Notes under the pieces: generated by a model
What the model was told of the DNA's origin: nothing
Seen by the model: only the letters and a program-made list of their open reading frames with translations
Databases searched by the model: none
Shown here: in pieces, positions 9,947 to 18,301 of the stretch
Layout: the number at the start of each line of letters is the position of its first letter
Numbering within the stretch: the stretch's first letter is position 1
Program-made: the position numbers and the translations under genes
Origin: Luteibacter sp.
GTDB lineage: Bacteria > Pseudomonadota > Gammaproteobacteria > Xanthomonadales > Rhodanobacteraceae
Direction of reading: 5' to 3'
NCBI RefSeq assembly: GCF_035539195.1
Contig: NZ_DATLIW010000006.1
Location: 41,734 to 105,733, forward strand
DNA length: 64,000 bases

Positions 9947-10010
9947 CTCGGCTTCTGCGACGCGCCTGCCGCTACAATCAGCGCGATTCCATCCGCCGCC
10001 ATCGGTAGCC

Positions 10011-11681
10011 ATGCTCACCTCGCTCTACGTCCGCCAGTTTGCCGTCGTCGAAGAAGCCGAGATCGCCTTTGGGCCCGGGCTCACCGTGGTCAGTGGCGAG
10101 ACCGGCGCCGGCAAGTCCCTCCTCGTGGACGCCCTCATGCTCCTGGCCGGCGCCCGCGCCGACAGCGGCATGGTCCGCTCCGGCAGCGATCGGGCCGAGC
10201 TGGCGGCGGAATTCGATCTCACCGGATTGCCCGAGGCCACCGCCTGGCTGCGCCAGGAAGAACTGGACGACGGCGAGACCTGCCAGCTGCGCCGCGTCAT
10301 CCGCGTCGAGGGCAGCTCGCGCGGCTGGATCAACGGTCGCCCCGCCAGCCTCGCGCAGATGTCGGCCCTGGCCGCGCTCATCGTCGAAATCCACGGCCAG
10401 CACGAACACCAGGCTCTGCTGTCGCGCCAGCACCAGATGGGCCTGCTCGACGCCTACGCCGGCAACGAGGCACTGCAGGCCAGCGTGCGCGACACGGCCA
10501 GGTCGTGGCGCGAGGCCGTTGCCCGCATCCGCGCCTTGTCAGGCGGCGACGATCGCGAGCGTCAGATCGAACTGCTCGCCCACGAACTGGAAGAACTGGA
10601 CCGCTGGGCACTCGCGCCTGCCGCGCTGGAAGAACTCGAAGCCCAGCATCGCCGGCTGGCCAACGCCGGCCGACTGGCCGAAGGCGCCAATGGCGTGGTC
10701 GAGATCCTCGACGGCGAAAGCGAGTTCGCCGTCGGCCGCGCCCTGCTGCGCGCCCACGCCGAGCTGTCCCGGCTGGCCGAACTGGACGCCTCCCTGGTGC
10801 CCACCCTCGAACTGCTCGACAGCGCGCAGATCCAGGTCGGCGAGGCCGTGGACGGTCTCGGCCGCTACGCGCAGGACGTGGAGCTCGATCCCGAGCGCCT
10901 GGCCGAGGTCGATACGCACCTCACCCACCTGCACGACCTCTCGCGCCGTTACCGGCTGCCGATCGAGGAACTGACGGTGAAGGCCGAGGAGATACGCGAG
11001 CGCCTGGCCGAACTCGAAGGCGCGGGCGATGCACTGGATCGTCTTGCCCATGAACGCGACCGCCTGCGCAAGGCCTACGACGAAGCGGCCGCCGCCTTGT
11101 CGGCCGCGCGTTCCGCCGCCGCCGGCCGCCTCGGCACCTCGGTCGCCGCGCTCATGGGCGAGCTCGGCATGGCCGGCGGTCGCCTGGAAGTCTCGCTGGA
11201 ACGGGTCGAAGGCGACGAGCCCGATCCGCAGGGTCGCGAGCGTTGCGAACTGCTGGTCAGCGCCAACCCGGGCCAACCGCCCCGCCCGCTGCGTAAGGTC
11301 GCCTCGGGTGGCGAACTGGCCCGCATCAGCCTGGCCATCGAGGTCGCCACGCTGGGCAACGACAACATCGGCTGCATGATTTTCGACGAAGTGGACACCG
11401 GCATCGGCGGCGCCGTGGCCGAAGTGGTCGGCCAGAAGCTGCGCGCGCTCGGCGAGCGGGTCCAGGTGATGTGCGTCACCCACCTGCCCCAGGTCGCCGC
11501 GCAAGGCCATGCGCATCTGCAGGTCGCCAAGGAAAGCGACGGCGAAGCCACCCGCACGCGCATCCACACGCTCGACGCCGCCGGCCGTCGCGACGAACTC
11601 TCGCGCATGCTCGGCGGCGTGGAAATCACCAAGGAAACCCGCGCCCACGCGAAGAAGATGCTCGACCGCGCCCAGGGCTGA
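10011..11681 (+). CDS. recN: DNA repair protein RecN
   Basis: From ORF 9780..11681(+). The conserved N-terminus MLTSLYVRQFAVVEEAEIAFGPGLTVVSGETGAGKS starts at ATG 10011. Walker A, a long coiled coil, the signature SGGELARISLAI and Walker B MIFDEVDTGIGG are present. Confidence 0.95.
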   Translation: MLTSLYVRQFAVVEEAEIAFGPGLTVVSGETGAGKSLLVDALMLLAGARADSGMVRSGSDRAELAAEFDLTGLPEATAWLRQEELDDGETCQLRRVIRVEGSSRGWINGRPASLAQMSALAALIVEIHGQHEHQALLSRQHQMGLLDAYAGNEALQASVRDTARSWREAVARIRALSGGDDRERQIELLAHELEELDRWALAPAALEELEAQHRRLANAGRLAEGANGVVEILDGESEFAVGRALLRAHAELSRLAELDASLVPTLELLDSAQIQVGEAVDGLGRYAQDVELDPERLAEVDTHLTHLHDLSRRYRLPIEELTVKAEEIRERLAELEGAGDALDRLAHERDRLRKAYDEAAAALSAARSAAAGRLGTSVAALMGELGMAGGRLEVSLERVEGDEPDPQGRERCELLVSANPGQPPRPLRKVASGGELARISLAIEVATLGNDNIGCMIFDEVDTGIGGAVAEVVGQKLRALGERVQVMCVTHLPQVAAQGHAHLQVAKESDGEATRTRIHTLDAAGRRDELSRMLGGVEITKETRAHAKKMLDRAQG

Positions 11682-11704
11682 AGGCCAGGCTCGGGCACGC
11701 ATCG

Positions 11705-12334
11705 TCAGGCCCGGATCAAGCCCCGTTCCTGCGCCATCCGGTAGAGGTCGAGTTCCGACCCCGCATTGAGCTTGTTCATCACCGCGGCGCGGTGGATATA
11801 GATCGTCTTCTGTCCGATCCCCAGCTCGGCCGCCACCTGCTTCGGCGCCCGCCCCGCCGCCAGCAGCAGGAACACCTCGCGCTCGCGCGCGGTCAGGCGG
11901 CTGAAGGGATCGAGGTCCACCGAGGACCGGCCCGAGCGGCGCTCGCGCAAGTCCGAACTCAGGTACTGCTCGCCGGCCAGCACGGCACGCACCGCCACGA
12001 CCAGTTCCTCGGGTGCCACGCCCTTGGTGACGTAACCGCGGGCACCACGGCGCAGCGCTTCGGACACGTACGGCTCACCGTCGTGCATGCTCAGCACGAC
12101 GATCTTCATGTTCGGGGAAATGCTGGCCAGATGCTCGATCAGTGGCAAGCCGCTGCCATCGGGCAGCGACAGGTCAACCGCCACCAGGTCAGGGCGGTGC
12201 TGGGTGACCGCGTCGACCGCTTCGTCGGCGTTCCTGGCCTCGGCGACGACGTCGAGGTCGGGTTCCAGCTCGATGAGGCGTTTAAAACCCTCACGAACAA
12301 TGGCGTGGTCATCTACGAGGACGATTCTTGGCAT
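11705..12334 (-). CDS. LuxR/NarL-family response regulator
   Basis: Receiver domain (VLVDDH..., phospho-acceptor context LVAVDLSLPDGSG) plus a LuxR HTH (LTAREREVFLLLAAGRAPKQVAAELGIGQKTIYIHRAAVMNKL). Confidence 0.9.
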   Translation of the reverse strand: MPRIVLVDDHAIVREGFKRLIELEPDLDVVAEARNADEAVDAVTQHRPDLVAVDLSLPDGSGLPLIEHLASISPNMKIVVLSMHDGEPYVSEALRRGARGYVTKGVAPEELVVAVRAVLAGEQYLSSDLRERRSGRSSVDLDPFSRLTAREREVFLLLAAGRAPKQVAAELGIGQKTIYIHRAAVMNKLNAGSELDLYRMAQERGLIRA

Positions 12335-12339
12335 GGACA

Positions 12340-12416
12340 GAATGTAACAGGCTCGCCCGACGCGTGCGTATGGCGGGGATAAGGCAGCGTCAGTCGAGGT
12401 TCGCCGTGTAACATTC
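12340..12416. promoter_or_regulatory. mirror-image 10-mers TGT(T/A)ACATTC located 5 nt before both divergent start codons
   Basis: The minus strand reads TGTTACATTC-TGTCC-ATG (regulator). The plus strand reads TGTAACATTC-GGCGA-ATG (kinase). The 10-mers match at 9/10 positions with identical spacing. Confidence 0.3.
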
Positions 12417-12421
12417 GGCGA

Positions 12422-14041
12422 ATGCGACTAAATGCCGTCTCCCGGTTCGCCGGCCCCCTGTTTGCCCTGGTCTACGGCGCCGCCTGGGTCCTGCTGTGGC
12501 CGACGGAACAACCTTACTGGGTGCTGCCGTTCGGCCTGCGCTTCGGCGCCCTGCTCCTCATGCGCACGCGCAACTGGTTCTGGATCCTCGGCGCCGAAAT
12601 CGTCGCCAGCGCATTCTGCGAATGGCGTAGCGGCCTGCCGATCGGCGGCGCCGGCTTCGTGCTGGGCGACGCCCCGGAACCGCTGATGGTCGCCGCGTGC
12701 CTGTGGCTATTGCGCCGGGCCCACTTGCACGCCAGCCTCAACACGCCCGAAGACGTCGCCCGCCTGCTGCTGTCGGCCATGGTCACGGCCACCGTCGCCA
12801 CCGCCGGCAACGCGGCGATGATGGCCTCCCTGCACCCCGCCGCGCCGGTGGAAATGCTCGGCACCACCTTCGGCAGCGACCTGCTCGGCAACTACCTCGG
12901 CGTGCTGCTGGTCGTCCCGGTGATGATCCTCATCTTCCGCGAGCGGCCCACCCAGTCGGCGCTGGCGGAGTTGCTGCTCGACGGGCTGCTGGTGATGCTC
13001 CCCTCGCTGGCGATCCTGGTGACGCTGGCCGAGTACTCGCCGCAGCCGCAGTTCGCCCGCGTGCTGTCGCTGGCACCGGTGCTGTTCTTCGCCTTCCGGC
13101 ACGGCTGGCGCGGTGCGGGCCTGGCCATGTTGATCACCAGCGTCGGGCTGAACGTCACCGAGGACATGATCGGCCGCGGCGCGCCGACGGCGGCCGCCCA
13201 TCTGTTCCTCGCCGTGGCCGGTACGGGCACCCTCATGCTCGGCGCGGCCACCGACGCCCTGCGCCGGAGCAGCGAGCGCGTGGCCCAGCAGAACACCCAT
13301 CTGGCGGCCGCCAACCAGCGCCTCGACCAGCTCGCCCGCCAGCTGCGGGACGCGGCCCGCGGCAACCTTCAGGCCGAAGAAGACCTGCGCAAGCACATGG
13401 CCGCGGAGCTTCACGACGAGCTGGGCCAGAACCTCACCGCCATCCAGACCCATCTGAAGCTCGCCCAGGCCCGGCTGGGCAGCGCCGGCCTCGACGACAT
13501 CGGCGCCTCGATCAACGGCATCCTCGGCCACATGCGCCGGGCCCTGCACAAGATGCTCGACAGCCTGCGCCCCTCCGTCCTCGACGAGTTCGGCTTGCTC
13601 AGGGCGCTCGACGAGGGCCCGGTCCGCGACATGCTGACCGCCGCCGGCATCCATTACGTAACCGACCTGCGGGGCGAGCCGAGGCTGCTCGACGATGAAA
13701 CCCTTACCGCGATCTACCGCGTCGTGCAGGAAAGTGCGACCAATGTGGTTCGCCATTCCGGGGCGAAGGAACTGAAATTGCGGCTGCGCATCGGACTGCG
13801 CGACAGCGGTCCGGTGGCCATCCTCGACATACGTGACGACGGTACCGGCCTGCCCGCCACACCCAGGCCAGTCCGCACAGACGGTGGCGGACGCGGCCTA
13901 CAGGGAATGAGCGACCGCATCACCGCTCTGGGCGGCATCTTCCGCATCCGTCCCGAGCCAATCGGATTACACCTTCGGGTGTTGCTTCGCAGCACAAGTA
14001 TCGGAACTCACATAGGAAATTTTCCGATACCGGGCCAGTGA
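12422..14041 (+). CDS. MASE1-domain sensor histidine kinase (UhpB-like architecture: MASE1 + HisKA_3 + HATPase_c)
   Basis: About 290 aa of 8 hydrophobic helices, then a coiled coil. The H-box is ELHDELGQNLTAI, the N-box is ESATNVVRHSGA, and the G-boxes are DDGTGLP and GGRGLQGMSDR. It is divergent from a LuxR-type regulator. Confidence 0.85.
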   Translation: MRLNAVSRFAGPLFALVYGAAWVLLWPTEQPYWVLPFGLRFGALLLMRTRNWFWILGAEIVASAFCEWRSGLPIGGAGFVLGDAPEPLMVAACLWLLRRAHLHASLNTPEDVARLLLSAMVTATVATAGNAAMMASLHPAAPVEMLGTTFGSDLLGNYLGVLLVVPVMILIFRERPTQSALAELLLDGLLVMLPSLAILVTLAEYSPQPQFARVLSLAPVLFFAFRHGWRGAGLAMLITSVGLNVTEDMIGRGAPTAAAHLFLAVAGTGTLMLGAATDALRRSSERVAQQNTHLAAANQRLDQLARQLRDAARGNLQAEEDLRKHMAAELHDELGQNLTAIQTHLKLAQARLGSAGLDDIGASINGILGHMRRALHKMLDSLRPSVLDEFGLLRALDEGPVRDMLTAAGIHYVTDLRGEPRLLDDETLTAIYRVVQESATNVVRHSGAKELKLRLRIGLRDSGPVAILDIRDDGTGLPATPRPVRTDGGGRGLQGMSDRITALGGIFRIRPEPIGLHLRVLLRSTSIGTHIGNFPIPGQ

Positions 14042-14225
14042 ACGGTTCGTTACGATTCCGTCATCGATGTGGGGGAGCCGCCGTCGAGAGACGGTGAGCC
14101 CAGGTCGGTCGTGGGGACGATCGACCTGATGAGGCGACAGGATGTCAGCCTCGCCGATGCGAAATGGTGACCCGTGGATCCCGCGAGCAACTCGCGATTC
14201 ACGAACCATGGAAACATCGGATCAA

Positions 14226-14261
14226 GCCGCTGGTGGACAGGAGTCCGCCAGCGGCGTTTTT
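14226..14261 (+). terminator. rho-independent terminator candidate
   Basis: GCCGCTGG-N14-CCAGCGGC followed by GTTTTTATTT. It closes a hairpin-dense 220-nt untranslated stretch after the kinase gene. Confidence 0.5.
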
Positions 14262-14362
14262 ATTTGGGAAAGCCTTTATTTGGGAAAGCCTTTAATTGTG
14301 GGAGCCGCTTCAGCGGCGATTGCCAGGCTGCCGTGCCCGTCGCCGGCACAGCCGGCTCCTCC
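14258..14362. repeat. 16-bp tandem (TTTATTTGGGAAAGCC x2 plus a degenerate third copy) merging into a REP pair
   Basis: The third copy, TTTAATTGTGGGAGCC, runs into REP TGTGGGAGCCGCTTCAGCGGCGAT (14297-14320). An inverted variant GTCGCCGGCACAGCCGGCTCC follows at about 14337-14360. Confidence 0.7.
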
Positions 14363-14383
14363 AAAAGCCCTCGCCCACCAAAG

Positions 14384-14410
14384 AAAAAGGCTCCCATAGG
14401 GAGCCTTTTC
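14384..14410. terminator. bidirectional rho-independent terminator (serves fur on the minus strand)
   Basis: AAAAAGGCTCCC-ATA-GGGAGCCTTTTC. The 7-bp GC stem is flanked by an A-run and a T-run, 29 nt downstream of the fur stop. Confidence 0.65.
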
Positions 14411-14438
14411 ATGCCTGCCAAGCCGTAAAGACCCCGCC

Positions 14439-14852
14439 TCAGCGCTTCTTCTTGGGTCGCACGTACAGCACCAGGCTGTGATCTTCGATCACGTACCCAT
14501 GACGCTCCGCGATTTCATGCTGGAGGCGCTCGATCTCCTCGCTGATGAACTCGATGACCTTCCCGCTGTCCACATCGATCATGTGGTCATGATGCTTGCC
14601 GCGGTCCAGCTCGTAGACGGCCTGCCCACCCTCGAAGTTGTGCTTCATGACGATGCCGGCAGCTTCGAACTGGGTCAGCACCCGATACACCGTGGCAAGC
14701 CCGATGTCTTCCTGGTGCGCAAGCAGACGCTTGTAGATATCTTCGGCGGTCAGGTGGCGCTCGTCCGCCTCCTCGAAGATCTGCAGGATCCGCATGCGCG
14801 GATGTGTGACTTTAAGCCCCGCCTTACGCAGTTCTTTTGTTTCCTGGTCCAT
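14439..14852 (-). CDS. fur: ferric uptake regulator Fur
   Basis: 137 aa with a DNA-binding helix (ATVYRVLTQFEAAGIV), the metal-site motif HHDHMID and ...EDHSLVLYV. Confidence 0.95.
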   Translation of the reverse strand: MDQETKELRKAGLKVTHPRMRILQIFEEADERHLTAEDIYKRLLAHQEDIGLATVYRVLTQFEAAGIVMKHNFEGGQAVYELDRGKHHDHMIDVDSGKVIEFISEEIERLQHEIAERHGYVIEDHSLVLYVRPKKKR

Positions 14853-14924
14853 TGGGACCCCCTCGCGGTGCCGTCAGGCGCTTAGTGTATCATCGCAGGC
14901 TTCACGATCCGGACGTTACTACGC

Positions 14925-15395
14925 ATGCAAAAGCTCATTCGCCGCACGCTGGGTATGGCCATGATGGCGGTCGCCATCGAGGGCTGCAGCCTTCTCTATA
15001 CCCCCGACGTGCAGCAGGGCAACCTGCTCGACAAGAAAAATGTCGAACAGCTGCAGCCGGGTCTGACCAAGCGCCAGGTCCTGGTGCTGCTGGGCACCCC
15101 TTCGGTGGCCTCCCCCTTCGATAACGACCGCTGGGACTACGTCTCCACGTTCTCGCATCGTGGCGGCAAGATGACCACCCGTACGCTCACGCTGACCTTC
15201 AATAACGACACCCTGGTCCGTACCGAAGGCGATTTCTTCGCCCAGGACGCCCAGCAGCTGTTGAAGGACTCCAAGAAGTACAAGAACGATCCGGTCAACG
15301 GCACCAAGGGTGACAAGAACACCAGCGCCAACGACAAGAAGGATGACGACCAGGGCGGCATCTTCGGCGGCAGCTCGTCGGACGACAAGAAGTAA
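14925..15395 (+). CDS. bamE: outer membrane protein assembly factor BamE (SmpA/OmlA lipoprotein)
   Basis: Lipobox AIEGC, then YTPDVQQGNLLDKKNVEQLQPGLTKRQVLVLLGTPS...FDNDRWDYV. The Asp/Lys/Gly-rich C-terminal tail is extra. Synteny with rnfH-ratA-smpB-ssrA matches E. coli. Confidence 0.85.
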   Translation: MQKLIRRTLGMAMMAVAIEGCSLLYTPDVQQGNLLDKKNVEQLQPGLTKRQVLVLLGTPSVASPFDNDRWDYVSTFSHRGGKMTTRTLTLTFNNDTLVRTEGDFFAQDAQQLLKDSKKYKNDPVNGTKGDKNTSANDKKDDDQGGIFGGSSSDDKK

Positions 15396-15403
15396 CAGGC
15401 CTC

Positions 15404-15682
15404 TCAGGCGCCGCGCTTGGCGCGGCGCCGCCTGGCCTCCATCGGATCGAGTGTCAGCGGCCGGTACAGCTCCACCCGGTCGCCCTCCTCCAGGACTCGG
15501 TCCGCGGCGACTTTCTTCGCGAAAATGCCCAGCCTGTCCGGGTCGGGCATGACTCCCTTGGGTAAACCGCCCGCCGCCAGCTCGACCGCCTGCCAGGCGG
15601 TTGTCCCCGACGGAACGACCAGTGCAAGGACGACCTGCCCTTCCGGGCCGACGTAGGCGACCTCGACAGCCAGCTCAGCCAT
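15404..15682 (-). CDS. rnfH: RnfH/RatB family ubiquitin-fold protein
   Basis: 92 aa (VEVAYVGPEGQ...GIFAKKVAADRVLEEGDRVELYRPL). It overlaps ratA by 8 nt, as in the conserved ratA-ratB pair. Confidence 0.85.
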   Translation of the reverse strand: MAELAVEVAYVGPEGQVVLALVVPSGTTAWQAVELAAGGLPKGVMPDPDRLGIFAKKVAADRVLEEGDRVELYRPLTLDPMEARRRRAKRGA

Positions 15683-16103
15683 ACTGCCGGCGCGCCTCGT
15701 CGCAGAAGTCGTCGACCATGCGGTTGGCCAGTTGCTGGAAGCCCATCCTCAGCACCGAACCACCCAGCCCGGCGTAGTCGAAGTCCAGCGCCAGGGCGAT
15801 CTTGCAGCCCACATCGCCCAACGCCTGGAAGGTGAACACCCCATCCAGCGAGCGAAACGGGCCCTCGACGAATTTCATGGCCAGGCTATTCGGCTTGTCC
15901 ATCGTGTTACGGGTAGTGAAACTCTGCTTCAGCCCGGCGAACTTGAGATCCAGCCTGGCCACCAGCACGTTGTCTTCCCGCTCGAGCACTTCGGCGGCGT
16001 CACACCAGCCGAAGCGCTTTGGGTATGCTTCCACATCGTTGACCAGGTCGAACATCTGCGCGGGCGTGAAAGGCACGATCGCACTGCGGCGGATTTCAAT
16101 CAC
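15675..16103 (-). CDS. ratA: SRPBCC/START-fold protein RatA (Coq10-like ubiquinone-binding / ribosome association toxin family)
   Basis: 142 aa (VPFTPAQMFDLVNDVEAYPKRFGWC...). It is divergent from smpB, as in enterobacteria. Confidence 0.85.
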   Translation of the reverse strand: MIEIRRSAIVPFTPAQMFDLVNDVEAYPKRFGWCDAAEVLEREDNVLVARLDLKFAGLKQSFTTRNTMDKPNSLAMKFVEGPFRSLDGVFTFQALGDVGCKIALALDFDYAGLGGSVLRMGFQQLANRMVDDFCDEARRQYG

Positions 16104-16183
16104 TGCTTTGACCTCGTCTCATTTGCCGGCTCACGGACCCGCCGGCCTTGTATCAGGGATCCGATAGACCGATTTTAGCGGAC

Positions 16184-16684
16184 ATGGCAAAAGCGAAACC
16201 GAAGGACACGGAAAAAGAAGGCGGCGGCACGATCGCGCTGAACAAGCGCGCGCGCCACGAATATCACATCGACCAGCGCTTCGAGTGCGGCATGGCCCTG
16301 CAAGGCTGGGAACTGAAGTCCCTGCGCGCGGGCCGGATCAATTTCGGCGAAGGCTGCTACGCGATCATCCAGCACGGTGAGGTCTTCCTCGTCGGCGCCC
16401 AGATCCCGCCCCTGATCAGCGCCTCCACCCACGTGATCGCCAACGACCGGCGCACCCGCAAGCTGCTCCTGCACCGCGAGGAGATCGACCGCCTGATCGG
16501 CGCCGTCGAGCGCAAGGGCTACACCCTCGTGCCCACCGCGATGTACTGGAAGAACAACAAGGTGAAGTGCGAGATCGGCCTGGCCAAGGGTAAGCAGGAC
16601 CACGACAAGCGCACCGCGGAGAAAGAACGTGAGTGGGCGGTCGACAAACAACGGGTCATGCGCTCCCACAACAAGTTGGGCTGA
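16184..16684 (+). CDS. smpB: SsrA-binding protein SmpB
   Basis: From ORF 16148..16684(+), with the start at MAKAKPK (ATG 16184). It contains [29 protein letters not shown] and the basic C-tail [10 protein letters not shown]. It lies immediately upstream of tmRNA. Confidence 0.95.
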   Translation: MAKAKPKDTEKEGGGTIALNKRARHEYHIDQRFECGMALQGWELKSLRAGRINFGEGCYAIIQHGEVFLVGAQIPPLISASTHVIANDRRTRKLLLHREEIDRLIGAVERKGYTLVPTAMYWKNNKVKCEIGLAKGKQDHDKRTAEKEREWAVDKQRVMRSHNKLG

Positions 16685-16707
16685 CCTGAACGGACGGGCG
16701 GCGCCCA

Positions 16708-16736
16708 TTGTGGGTGGCCTGCCCCGGCCATATACT
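16708..16736 (+). promoter_or_regulatory. sigma70-type promoter for ssrA
   Basis: TTGTGG-N17-TATACT ends about 30 nt upstream of the mature tmRNA 5' end. This is consistent with a short RNase P-processed leader. Confidence 0.5.
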
Positions 16737-16766
16737 GCTAGATGTAGTCACACCACAGTTTTCCCC

Positions 16767-17161
<395 letters not shown>

Positions 17162-17171
17162 ATCGACGCTC

Positions 17172-17208
17172 GGGCCAAGGCTTAAACCCTTGGCCCGATT
17201 GCGTTTTT
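17172..17208 (+). terminator. rho-independent terminator of ssrA
   Basis: GGGCCAAGG-CTTAAAC-CCTTGGCCC followed by GATTGCGTTTTT. Confidence 0.6.
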
Positions 17209-17434
17209 AGCGCCGCATTTCGATGACCCAAACGACCCTTCGAGGTATCGTTTGAGGTATCGATTTTGCCGAAACCCTATTTTCTTCAGCGCCCGTCCGG
17301 CATCTAACGTCAGACCCGCCCAATCGTTCCCTGTTCGCAAAGGAATGACTACGAAAGGGGCAACGCGTCTTTAGTCGTCAAGTTCTGCGGCCCCTCGCCG
17401 CGACGGGGCCGCAGAACCTGACGACCACACGGCC

Positions 17435-17893
17435 CTACCGACCGTCCTTTTTTGCGGATCCCGCCGCGATGCGCTTGGTCTCCTCGTAGACGTCCTTTGC
17501 TTCCTTCAACGGCGCGGAGTTGCCACAGCTATCCACGAAGTCCATTTCCGGGGAATGCTGAACGAAAAGAAGATAGGGAACATTGAGGTCCATCGGAAAG
17601 CGTGAAGATGTGTTGACCGAGAACAGCCATAACCTCTTCGCCGGCTTACCCTTGATGACTTCCCGTGCCTTCACGATGTAAATCGTATAGCTGGACATGC
17701 CATCGTCGTTGTCATCTGGCACGTCATGGCTCTCGATCGCTGTGCCGACCATCACAATGGGTGTCTTGGCGAACTCTTCCGCTACCTTGGGGTTCCCGTC
17801 CAGACAGGCCGCTGACGCGCCCCCTCCCCAGAATAAAAGGAGTCCAAATATGGCAACGGATAGACCAGCGCGACGGACAGATGTTGCTGTCAT
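17435..17893 (-). CDS. secreted hypothetical protein (TIMP/NTR-like pattern, see findings)
   Basis: From ORF 17435..18250(-). The start is placed at the internal Met that gives a textbook signal peptide (MTATSVRRAGLSVAIFGLLLFWGGGASAA|C). A 13-bp-stem hairpin (17382-17417) follows the stop. Confidence 0.6.
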   Translation of the reverse strand: MTATSVRRAGLSVAIFGLLLFWGGGASAACLDGNPKVAEEFAKTPIVMVGTAIESHDVPDDNDDGMSSYTIYIVKAREVIKGKPAKRLWLFSVNTSSRFPMDLNVPYLLFVQHSPEMDFVDSCGNSAPLKEAKDVYEETKRIAAGSAKKDGR

Positions 17894-18301
17894 AGAGTGA
17901 CCTTGACGTCGTCCCACTTTTTCGGCACCGCTGAAAACTGGAGTTAAGGTCGCCTCATCCACAGGCCCACGGGGTCGACAGAAGAAGATGACGGATATTA
18001 TGGAGGCTCGCTGAATCGACCTTACAAAGTGCGCGCAAGCAAACGCTGCGCAAGATTCCAAACGCTTCATTTCCCTGTCCCCTGTTTGCCCACCGTCGTC
18101 GCGCGAGCCGCGTGTGCATTCTGTGATTATCCGGCGTGCCAGGGCATATCTTTCCGGAGCTTGCCGGTACACGACATTTAGCGGCATAAGTGGACCGCTA
18201 AAAACAAAGTCAATTTTGCAAACACTCGCCCGCCGCGTGACCGTGTGCATACGACCGTGGCACGTAAGCTGCCTGATGAGTGTCTGCCGAGTTGCAAAAA
18301 T

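Noticed and set aside
8103-10010. Search for a CIRCE operator (TTAGCACTC-N9-GAGTGCTAA) near hrcA, grpE and dnaK.
   Set aside because: No such inverted repeat was seen by eye in the three upstream regions. Sigma32-like promoters fit better.
9780-10010. 77-codon N-terminal extension of the recN ORF. Similar upstream extensions occur on the carA, dapB, CaCA, smpB, MarR, DUF1090, Na+/H+ antiporter, SDR, LytS-kinase and LdcA-like ORFs.
   Set aside because: The conserved family N-termini begin at internal Met/GTG codons. The extensions are Arg/Pro-rich, overlap neighbouring genes or promoters, and lack homology-like features.
15675-16103. RatA considered as a genuine toxin of a toxin-antitoxin pair with RnfH/RatB.
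   Set aside because: The ratA-ratB-smpB-ssrA arrangement is a conserved core locus, and RatA is a Coq10-like SRPBCC protein. Nothing in the sequence indicates a mobile TA module.
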